From contig JBMNIW010000005.1 of the NCBI GenBank assembly GCA_050951325.1, positions 160,001-224,000 on the forward strand: 64,000 bases of DNA, read 5' to 3'. The first letter of the stretch is position 1; each line of letters starts with the position of its first letter. The notes below the pieces were generated by a model that worked only from the letters and a program-made list of their open reading frames with translations, was not told the DNA's origin and searched no databases. A program made the position numbers and the translations under genes. Source of the DNA: Clostridia bacterium (lineage in GTDB: Bacteria; Bacillota; Clostridia; UBA1212; DUPL01). Of the stretch, positions 19,958 to 29,261 are shown in pieces.

Positions 19958-20863
19958 CTAAATTTCAAGATTTAATAAATGTGATTCTATAATTTTTTTG
20001 TAGGAATAGTTTTCAAGCTTTAAATATCTTGCTGCAGTATCAATAAAGGCTCTAGCAGGACTTAGGCCAATAAGTTCGGATGAAACAACTTCATATCCCA
20101 TTTTTGATGCTTCGTTGCAAACTGTATCAAATACTTCAAACAGGGATGTAACCGTATAGTCTGTAAGGTTTACGGACACTTGGGCTGTGTTTTTAGTTTC
20201 CAGCATAATGCCAAGAGCTTTTACACATTTTAATCCGCCATTCTTCTCTCTTATTTTTTTTGCAATCTCCGTAGCAATTTCGATATTTGCTGTATTCAGC
20301 TGCATATTGAATGCTATAAGTGGTTTTCTAGCTCCGATAACTACCGCGCCTGCTGTTGGATGAGGTTTTGTGCCATAGTCTGGTTTCCAGTCTTCTGACT
20401 GCATTTTTTCAACCAAGCCTTCAAATTCTCCACGTCTAATATCTGCAAGATTTGTACGATGAGGTTTCGATGCAGAGTTTTCGTAAAGGTAAACTGGCAA
20501 ACCCAGCTCGTTATATATTCTCTCCGCAAGAGTTTTTGAAAGCTCCACACATTCTTCCATGGTAACATTCTGTACAGGAACGAGTGGAATAACATCCACC
20601 GCTCCGATTCTAGGGTGTTTTCCTTCATGCTTTGTAAGGTCAATACTGTTAACTGCAACGGAAGTGGCTTTGATACATAGCATCATAGAACTCCTTCCAT
20701 TGAGCCCATAAAAGTAAAGACGCTTCTATTGTGATCGTAATCGGAGCTGTGTTCCAACAAGAATGATATTTTTTGTATTAATTATTGCTTCTTCTATTTC
20801 CTTGATAATATTACTGTCTCTTCCTTCGCTGAAGTTTGGTATGCATTCAACAATTTTGTTCAA
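19958..20863 (-). pseudogene. ftcD: glutamate formimidoyltransferase, frameshifted in the 5' part (possibly an assembly error)
   Basis: N-terminus ECIPNFSEGR from TTG 20863; SDYDHNRSVFT in a shifted frame; main ORF with HPRIGAVDV, IRRGEFEG, QVSVNL. Confidence 0.8.
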
Positions 20864-20967
20864 GTTCAATACCCCTTTTTTATTGTATTATACCACAATA
20901 ATAGTGTACTTGATTTTTTAGTTTAATTCATGGATAATATGTTCACAAAACATGAAAGGATGAGAAG

Positions 20968-23900
20968 ATGAATAAGGAGCTATTGAAAGAATTTAAGAAC
21001 CCTGGTGTAGCGTATAGAGGCAAACCTTTTTGGTCCTGGAATGGAGAACTGGAAAAAGATGAACTTGTTAGACAAGTAAAAGTCATGAAGGAGATGGGAC
21101 TTGGCGGATACTTCATGCATTCAAGAGCGGGACTCATCACCGAATATTTGGGAGATGAATGGTTCGACCTTATTAATGCTGTGGCTGATGCAGGTGAGGA
21201 AGAAGGTCTTGAGTCATGGCTGTACGACGAGGACAGATGGCCTTCAGGAAGTGCAGGTGGAAAGGTTACAGAAGATCCTCAATACAGCATGAAAAGTATA
21301 GTTCTAAAGGAATCCGACGTGGACAAGTTCTCCTGGGACGGGAGATATTGTAAAAGTCTTTGCAGGTAAAGTTGACGGATTCAATCTGGATGAATATTTT
21401 GAAATTTCAAAAGATACGGATTTGTCCAAGCTTGAAGGGTATAAGATTCTGAAATTTGAAATTATTCCTCAGGAACGCAATAGCGTATATAACGGCAACA
21501 CATATATTGATACAATGAGCCTGAAGGCTACTGAAAGATTCATTGAGTTGACACATGAAGAGTATAAAAAACGTTGTGAGGACAGAATTGGCACAACAAT
21601 AAAAGGCATATTCACTGACGAACCTCACAGAGGACACATGCTGGACGACTTTAAGGAAGTTGACGGTGTAAGACAGTGTTCCTGCGCTTATACCGATGAC
21701 ATATTCGAAGAATTCGAAAAAAGATATGGCTATGATGCAAAAGCAATCCTTCCTGAACTTTATTACATCTATAAAGGCAGGAAAGTAAACAAGGTAAAAA
21801 AAGATTATGTGGATCTTGCAAATGCTCTATTTATCGAAAGATTTGCAATACCTGTAAACAACTGGTGCATTGAAAACAACATGGAACTTACCGGCCACTA
21901 TCTACACGAGGACTCATTGACAAACCAGACTGTTCCTTGTGGTTCCATTATGAGAATGTATGAATATATGGGTTATCCCGGTGTTGACGTTCTGACGGAA
22001 GGCAATAGGTGCTACTGGGTAGTAAAACAGCTTTCTTCAGTAGCAAGGCAGCTGGACAAGAAATGGCTTTTGTCGGAGTTGTACGGATGTACTGGATGGC
22101 AGTTTGATTTCAAAGCCCACAAGGCAGTTGGTGACTGGCAGGCTTTGTTTGGAATAAACTTAAGATGCCATCATCTGTCCTGGTATACAATGGAGGGTGA
22201 GTCAAAGAGGGACTATCCTGCCAGCATTCTGCATCAGTCCGCATACTATCCATATTATGACCTTGTTGAAAGCTATTTCGCAAGATTTGGCGTTGTAATA
22301 TCTTCAGGAAAGCCAGAGTGCGAAGTGCTGGTTCTAAATCCAATAGAAAGCGTATGGGCTCAGATACATATGGGATGGGCAAGATGGATAAGCAGTGTGG
22401 ATGAAGATGTTAGGAAGCTTGAGCGTCACTACGAAGAACTCTTCCATATGCTTTGCGGCAACCATATAGATTTTGACTATGGTGAGGAAGAGATGATGTC
22501 AAGGCATGCAAGTGTGGAAGACGGAGCACTAAGGGTTGGCAATGCAAGATACAAGGTTGTTGTAGTTAGTGGAATGCTAACCATGAGAGAAAGCACTATT
22601 AAATTGCTTGAAGAGTTTGTAGAACAAGGCGGGAAAGTCATATTTGCAGGCGATTTGCCAAAGTATGTGGATGCGGTGGAATCTGAGAAAGTTTCAGAGC
22701 TTTCATCTAAAGCAACATGTATTCCATTTGATAAAAAAGAACTGGCGAATGAAATAAAGAGTGTTACAGCAAGCAGAATTGACATTGCATACAAAGATGG
22801 TAGTGTTTTGAATGATGTTTTTTGTCAGGTCAGAAATGTGGAAGATTCATCATTCATAGTAATGCTGAACACCGATAGAAACAACCCTAAAGATGGTGTT
22901 GTTGTAAAGTACAAATTGCAGGACTCTTCGAGGGATGTGTTTGTGGAAGAGTGGGATCTGCTTACCGGAAATCGATATGAAGTAGTTGACTACGAATGCA
23001 AGAATGGATTTGTTGAAATTAATACAAATCTGCATGCAGCTGGTGAAAGGGTATTCCTTGTAACAAGCAAAAAGGATGAATCTCTTTCACCTAAGGAAGA
23101 ACATTTCACAAAGGAAACAAAGCTTTATGATGGTATGGTGGACTATGAGCTTGACGAACCCAACGTTTGTGTTCTGGATTTTGCAAAATGGAAATTCAAT
23201 GATGGAGAATGGAACGATGAGGATGAAGTTCTGAAAGTAGATGCCAAGGTAAGGCAGCTTAATGGAATGGAAACAAGAAGCGGTGGAATGCTGCAGCCAT
23301 GGTTTGCAAAACTGCATGATCATAAGGTTTATGGTGATGTGGAGCTGGAGTACGAGTTTTATGTCGATGAGATTCCAACTGGAGATGTATATATCGCAGC
23401 TGAAAGACCTGAAAACTGGGATTACAGCATAAACGGTGTAAAACTTGCCTGTGAGGATTTCAGCGATATTTGGATTGATGTCTGCTTCAAGAAGATGCTG
23501 GTTCCCAAAGGAGCAATAAAGCTTGGATTGAACAAGGTGACTGCAAGAACCAGTTTCATGCGTACCACCAATATTGAAGCAGTTTACGTTTTGGGCAGCT
23601 TTGGAGTAAAACTTGATGGAAAGAAGAAAACCATAACCACATTGCCCAAGGAGATTGCTTTTGAAAATCTAGTGAATTACAATCTGCCTTTCTATACGGG
23701 CTGTGTTACATACAAGCTTAATGCACAAAAAGTCAAATCCCTGATAGGTGATGTTTCGAACAAGAGAGTTGTACTTTCTCCAAAATCCTTTACCGGTGCA
23801 TTGGTCAAGGTAGAATATGACGGAGCAGAACCGATTCTGTTGGGATGGGATCCATATGAAGCAGATGTGACAGAGGCTGTCAGGGAAGGAAAGGACATAA

Positions 23901-24076
23901 ATGTAACGCTTGTTTGTACAAGAAGAAACACCTTTGGTCCGCTGCATATTGTTCCACTTCATCATGGAGCATATGGTCCTGGACACTTTACAACAGGCGG
24001 CGACTCCTGGACTGACAACTACAACTTGATAGACAGCTGTATAAAAGACGGTGTGGTTTTCAAGATAAAAGGATAA
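20968..24076 (+). pseudogene. GH106-like (alpha-L-rhamnosidase-like) glycoside hydrolase split by one +1 frameshift near 21340
   Basis: PFWSWNG, HSRAGL, YDEDRWPSG, FTDEP, SELYGCTGW, KRDYP motifs; removing one G from GACGGGAG joins ORFs 20968-21369 and 21422-24076. Confidence 0.75.
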
Positions 24077-24318
24077 ATTGGTTAATTGAAAAAGTAAATG
24101 CAAAACTGAAGAAGTAAATGCAACGATTTTTCTGCCCCAAACAGAGAAATCGTTGCGTTTTTTGCTGGTTTAATCTATAATTTAAAATGAAAGGTCCAGT
24201 TTGAGGATGTTTTTGGGCATGACAAACTAGCCTTGCATAATTTCTTAATTTTTACGAAGAAGTAAATGCAAAGCTTTTTGACTCATTTTGCCCGCCAGGA
24301 GTATCTTTTTTGGTTTAA

Positions 24319-25627
24319 TTATCTTAATAAAGCTGGATGCAAAATTACATCCCTAGCTGGTATTTCAACCAGGCCGAGTTTTGCGGCGATTTCATCGCCA
24401 TATATTGCTTTGAAGACAGCAATCAGCGACTTATCCCCAAGCCTCGGTCTGGGGTATGAGTTTATATGATTAGTAATCAGGTCTGTTTTTTCCCGATTAA
24501 GTCCGGAAAAAGACGACCCCTTAGGCAAAATGCAACGGAAAAACTCATGGTTCCTTTCGCATTTTGCCTTTTGGTTTGAGTTCATAGGATCACAGTAAAA
24601 CACTCTCGACTGAGCTTCCCCTGTTTCTCTATTAATCTCAATGGTGGTTGGATCGGTAAACTCGGAGCCCCTGTCAGTGAGAATGACAGGGAACAGTTTT
24701 GAGAATTCCGAATCTGTCAGCTTTGACCTGAGTTCATCAAATATCTCCGCTACTGAGCGAGCTGTATTGGCACTGCGGTAGAAGTATAGCTGCAAATCGC
24801 AGTTTTTGAAAAGCAAGGACAGCACAACTGCCGATTCGCCCTTTCTTCCCATAACAGTATCCATTTCAACAACGTTGACATAACCGCTTTGTTCCAGATA
24901 AGCCTGGAAATCGGAATATGTCCTGCCTTTGAAGCACTGCTTGTCCACTTTTACGGCAGGTCCGGCTTTTTTTTCTTAACCTTCTCTGGACGGTACGTGA
25001 CAAATCGGTAGGTTTGGCTGACAAAAGCCCCATATGTAAGTATTTGTATACACTTCTTTCGGAAAGGTTCAAAACATCTTTTTGCTCCGTGCATATCAAG
25101 TGTATTGATTGTCCTTTTTTCAATCTTGGAGAAATGATATCGTCAATATGCTTCAAATGCTCACCGGTTACCGAAATGCCCTGTCTGGATTCCGAGAGCT
25201 TTTTCCTGTACTCTTTGTGCGCTTTTTCGGCATCATACAAGTATTTGGACAGTGGACATCTTGGTTTCTTTTCACAGCTATTGCAAACATATGGCGGAGA
25301 ATCATATCTGGTACATATATCTTCCTCGAACTCACTGCAAAAATCATTACATCCACCGCAGTACTTGCAATTCTTGTGGTGTATTGCCTCGCATGAAGGC
25401 TTTTTGCATTTACCCGCGATTTTGCAGTCGAAACGCTTTTTACACGCATTTTTGGTTTGCATGGTTGAAACCTCTTTTCGACTGATGAAAACACGATGTT
25501 TTTTTACTTCTCTCATAATGGTGCTTGCCGGTCGTGACAAATCCACAGCTATTTCAGCAAACGATTTACCTTCCTTAAGCATTTTTTGAATGGTGATCCT
25601 GTCTTCCAATGTCAAATGTTTACCCAT
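24319..25627 (-). pseudogene. IS30-family transposase, frameshifted at an A8 run (T8 at 24967-24974)
   Basis: HLTLEDR..STIMREVK HTH, Cys-rich insert, DDE motifs EMDTV / TDRGSEF / QKAKCERNHE. Confidence 0.88.
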
Positions 25628-25678
25628 AAATGCCTTCTTCTACTCCTGGACAGGCAACAAGGAAATAATTGCACGTAA

Positions 25679-25817
25679 TTAGGAAAAAGTAAATGCAATT
25701 TTTATGGGTACCCTCGGGTACCCATAAAGGCATTTGGTATTAGGAAAAAGTAAATGCAACTCTAGCCATAAGTTATTAGAATGTGAGTATTTGCATCTTC
25801 GGAAGAAGTAAATGCAA
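25679..25817 (+). repeat. three ~60-bp-spaced direct repeats GAA(A/G)AAGTAAATGCAA inside the IS30 end (three more at 24088, 24108, 24256)
   Basis: copies start at 25683, 25744 and 25802; read directly from the sequence. Confidence 0.9.
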
Positions 25818-25922
25818 CTGTATCTTTGCATTTAAAAATTCAAATGACCAAAAGGATAAATTTTAAAAAAAAGGCTGGACAACTGAAATATTATGTGTTA
25901 AAATATATTTCGGTTTCAGCCA

Positions 25923-25998
25923 GCCCTCATAGCTCAGTAGGCAGAGCGCATCCATGGTAAGGATGAGGTCACCAGTTCGATTCTGGTTGAGGGCTCCA
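25923..25998 (+). tRNA. tRNA-Thr(GGT)
   Basis: GCCCTCA/TGAGGGC acceptor stem, CATCC-AT-GGT-AA-GGATG, GTTCGATTC, CCA. Confidence 0.96.
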
Positions 25999-26065
25999 CA
26001 AAAAAGCACAGTTTAAAAGACTGTGCTTTTTTTTTTTTGCTTGTATATATTTCCGGTAGATAGTA
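25979..26065 (+). repeat. long target-site duplication, left copy (right copy 27998-28082)
   Basis: identical apart from poly-T length (T12 vs T10); contains the tRNA-Thr 3' end and its terminator. Confidence 0.93.
26000..26038 (+). terminator. tRNA-Thr terminator
   Basis: AAAAAGCACAGT/ACTGTGCTTTTT stem plus poly-T. Confidence 0.8.
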
Positions 26066-27997
26066 CCTGACTTTGGTAATAAGCATTGGAAAATGGTGCA
26101 AACTAAATGGTAATAGAAGGATGCTCAAGAAAAAGCATCCTTTGTTTGAGTATAATAACTATAATTTGTAGTTTAAAATTGAATTTACTTGCGATTTCGA
26201 TAAGAAGTAGTTCGTGAGAGGGAGATCGAATTTGATTGTAAGTTCATCTATTAACTCTGATGAAGTAGTTAAGTTGATAAACCTATTATCCACATCGGTA
26301 AGATTAAATTTTTTTATAAACTTATATATTTCAGAAGTTGAAAATTTATTCTCCAACACCTTAAATTGTAACAATCGCTCTAAAAGAACAGCGCAATAGC
26401 AAATAAGAAAGTGTCCTTTGATTGAATCAACTTTTTGAAGAAAAACAGGCCTAGCATCTAGGTCCGACTTCATTATCTTGAACGATTCTTCTATACGCCA
26501 AAGGTTATGATATGTTTCGTAGATATCTAGATCATTCATCTTTATTTCAGATGTAACAAGAAGGTTGTATCCTGCAAGTTCCAGATCTTCGTTTATTGCA
26601 TCATTGTTTATTACAGCCGCGGCTTTATTTCCTTTTTCATCTATGAACTTAACATATTTAGCAGACTCTCCGTATTCTGCCTTCTTTGCTTGAGAATGTG
26701 TAAGAAACTTTGCTTTTTCAACCATTTTGTTTATTTCACATCTTTTTTTATATGCTAAAGATGGATTGTATGTTAAGAGTCTCTTTTCTGTAAATTCTAT
26801 AGTATAGACTTTTCCTTCATATGTTACATCATACGGAAACTTATCAATACATGTTTTATAACGAAATAAAATATTGCCGTTTTTATCTTTAACATCTTTA
26901 AAATCTCTATCAAGAAGCACCCATTTCTTCTCTTTATCCGGAAGATTTTTTGCTGCTTTTGAAAATATGTAACCATCACCATTCTTTTTTGCATACGCTA
27001 TGTTGTTGGCACAGTTAAGTCCTTTATCTGCTACATGAATGGTTCTTCCTGTTATGTTATTTTGCTTTTTAAGATTGCTTATTACATCTCTTATTATAGG
27101 TTTTTCAGATTCGTTACCAGGATATATCTTCATTCCTACTGGTATTTGATTGCGATCTAGTAATAAACCAAGGCCTACTAGAGGTTTCCTTTGATTTTCT
27201 TTACTTACACCATTTTTTTTAAAATCATCTTCTCTATCAATTTCAAAATAAAAATTTGTACAATCGAAATAGGTTTTAGTAGTATCTAATTTATATATTT
27301 TATCAACCTGTGTAGTAAATATTTCAACAATCTTTTCGTAATTGTTGCCTAGAAAAGCTAAGCCATCTAGTAGCTGATCGTATGAAAAATTATAGGTTTG
27401 ATAAAGATTAGGTAGCACTTCATGGAATGTCCTATATTTACTGCAGGGATTAACGCTTCTTGCGTAAATAAGAGATGATAGTAAATCATAAAGATCGAAT
27501 TCAAACCTAGTAATTAACTTAAAATAGTCGATAAAGTGCTTAATGTTTAATTTCTCCATAATACTTTTCAAAGGAAAATAACCTAGGTGAATAAGTGGAG
27601 ATTTAGTTGAGATTTTTTTTACGCTTTCTTCTTTTCTATTTTTATTTAATTCATCAACTACCTTTTGATAATGGGCAATAGGATCTTCTATGCCTTTTTC
27701 TTTAAGTGTTTCTATAGACCCTAATGATTTATGACAACGATGAGCAGTGCCCTTTTTTGCAGGATCATAAAAACTTTCATAAATTGCAATGTATGTTCGA
27801 TTTTTCTGCTTTGACTTTTTCAAAAAATATGCCACAACATTCCCTCCAAACTTGCACCATGTAGCACCATTATTATCTCATAAAAAAATATTTGTGTCAA
27901 GTTTTTACGCATAAAAAAAACCCTATATTTGGGCGTTTGTTGATGATTATTATCTATTTTTGTCCTAATTATTCATGGTGCGAACTACGAAACAAGG
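26066..27997 (-). mobile_element. IS1634-family insertion sequence
   Basis: CCT...AGG ends, single AT-rich transposase gene, long flanking direct repeat typical of the family. Confidence 0.88.
26159..27835 (-). CDS. IS1634-family transposase
   Basis: YFDCTNFYFE, PGNESE, VADKGL, YHNLWRIEESFKIMK, IKGHFLIC. Confidence 0.92.
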   Translation of the reverse strand: MAYFLKKSKQKNRTYIAIYESFYDPAKKGTAHRCHKSLGSIETLKEKGIEDPIAHYQKVVDELNKNRKEESVKKISTKSPLIHLGYFPLKSIMEKLNIKHFIDYFKLITRFEFDLYDLLSSLIYARSVNPCSKYRTFHEVLPNLYQTYNFSYDQLLDGLAFLGNNYEKIVEIFTTQVDKIYKLDTTKTYFDCTNFYFEIDREDDFKKNGVSKENQRKPLVGLGLLLDRNQIPVGMKIYPGNESEKPIIRDVISNLKKQNNITGRTIHVADKGLNCANNIAYAKKNGDGYIFSKAAKNLPDKEKKWVLLDRDFKDVKDKNGNILFRYKTCIDKFPYDVTYEGKVYTIEFTEKRLLTYNPSLAYKKRCEINKMVEKAKFLTHSQAKKAEYGESAKYVKFIDEKGNKAAAVINNDAINEDLELAGYNLLVTSEIKMNDLDIYETYHNLWRIEESFKIMKSDLDARPVFLQKVDSIKGHFLICYCAVLLERLLQFKVLENKFSTSEIYKFIKKFNLTDVDNRFINLTTSSELIDELTIKFDLPLTNYFLSKSQVNSILNYKL

Positions 27998-28057
27998 GAT
28001 TCTGGTTGAGGGCTCCACAAAAAAGCACAGTTTAAAAGACTGTGCTTTTTTTTTTGC

Positions 28058-28086
28058 TTGTATATATTTCCGGTAGATAGTATAAT
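28058..28086 (+). promoter_or_regulatory. sigma-A promoter for the 28156-31253 gene pair
   Basis: TTGTAT (28058-63), 17-bp spacer, TATAAT (28081-86). Confidence 0.65.
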
Positions 28087-28155
28087 TCAAGAAACTTGGT
28101 CAATACACATGGGAAGAAAGACAAAATATCTGACGTAAACTTTGGAGGTTCTTGA

Positions 28156-29256
28156 ATGAAAAGAGTTTTATGTATCTTTATATTCCTGTTTATATTTACA
28201 GCATCCTTTGTACATGCAGAAGAAATGGAAGTGTTTGACAAGGTTGACTTTGAAGATTTGCAAACTGGTAGTGTTGATGGAAGCGATTTTGCAGTTCTTT
28301 GGGATTTCTCAAATCCAGCTGGTAACACTCCATTAATTAGGGATGAGGGAGGCAACAAGTATTTAAGGATGGATGGGTATTCTCAAATAATATCTCCTCA
28401 TATTATGGAATCTGATGAATATGTGTTTGAGACAAAGATACGCCTCACGTATGGATACAGGTGGGTAGGTTTTTTTGTAAGAGCTGCCAATCCTGTCTTA
28501 AGAACCAATCCATATCATTCCGAATACAGTGAATCAAACCCCATAGGCATGCATATTCATTTTTACGAATCGGATTGGTATTATGATGCGGAGCAAAAAG
28601 GCGAGTCCAATATGGGGGGAAGTGGCATTGGCATATTCCCAAGAAAAGGCCATGTAAGAGTGGCGATAAAAACCTACATACCCAATGCGTTGAACATGGG
28701 AATTGTCTATCATGATTTTCCTTATCCAGAGGACACAAATCCCAAAGAATTTGTCAAGTATACTGTAAGGGATAACGGTACGGATACAATAGAGATCTAC
28801 ATAAACGATCACTTCATAACAAAGATTACTTTTTCAGAACCGGTAGTATATGAAGAGGATCCTCATGATGAGAATGAATATTATTCTGTTGCTTCAATGA
28901 CTGATTTGGAAGGCAATGTTTTCGATTTGTATGATCAGGAGGATAGAAAGATAGAAATCCTAGACAATGCAAGGATTGCCGTCTTCTCCCACAGAATTGC
29001 ATTTGCAAGCAGAACTCAGAGTTTTGATATTGATGACATTGTTTTCTATCATAAAGCAAGCCAAAACACATTACAGCCAACTCAATCACCAGACAGGACT
29101 AATGAGAATCCTGTAAACACAACACCTGATAATACGGTGGTCAACGACAATCAGTTGAACTATCCTGCCATACTGATTACCACTTCATCAGCTATTGTAA
29201 CTGTAATATTTATTTCATACATGATTATATTATTCAGAAAGACTTACAGGAGGTAG
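28156..29256 (+). CDS. secreted membrane-anchored protein with a beta-rich (ConA/lectin-like) domain
   Basis: signal peptide ending VHA, Pro/Thr linker, C-terminal TM plus basic tail; motif order shared with the N-domains of 1316 and 57613 and with 60219. Confidence 0.7.
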   Translation: MKRVLCIFIFLFIFTASFVHAEEMEVFDKVDFEDLQTGSVDGSDFAVLWDFSNPAGNTPLIRDEGGNKYLRMDGYSQIISPHIMESDEYVFETKIRLTYGYRWVGFFVRAANPVLRTNPYHSEYSESNPIGMHIHFYESDWYYDAEQKGESNMGGSGIGIFPRKGHVRVAIKTYIPNALNMGIVYHDFPYPEDTNPKEFVKYTVRDNGTDTIEIYINDHFITKITFSEPVVYEEDPHDENEYYSVASMTDLEGNVFDLYDQEDRKIEILDNARIAVFSHRIAFASRTQSFDIDDIVFYHKASQNTLQPTQSPDRTNENPVNTTPDNTVVNDNQLNYPAILITTSSAIVTVIFISYMIILFRKTYRR

Positions 29257-29261
29257 GGCAA

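Larger units (their letters stand above)
24080..25849 (-). mobile_element. IS30-family insertion sequence (~1770 bp)
   Basis: imperfect 25-bp TIRs (GGTTAATTGAAAAAGTAAATGCAAA vs GGTCATTTGAATTTTTAAATGCAAA), flanked by a 13-bp direct repeat AAAAGGATAAATT (24067-24079, 25850-25862). Confidence 0.88.

Noticed and set aside
24960-24980. Programmed -1 ribosomal frameshift in the transposase
   Set aside because: Joining the ORFs needs +1 (loss of one A), not -1, and IS30 transposases are normally single ORFs.
25679-25817. Three repeats at ~60-bp period resembling a mini-CRISPR array
   Set aside because: The repeats are only 16-21 bp, match the IS terminal repeat, recur at the other IS end, and no cas genes are present.
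25979-28082. tRNA-Thr 3' duplication suggesting a prophage or ICE attL/attR
   Set aside because: The enclosed DNA holds only an IS1634 DDE transposase, and the repeat extends ~65 bp beyond the tRNA; a long TSD explains it better.
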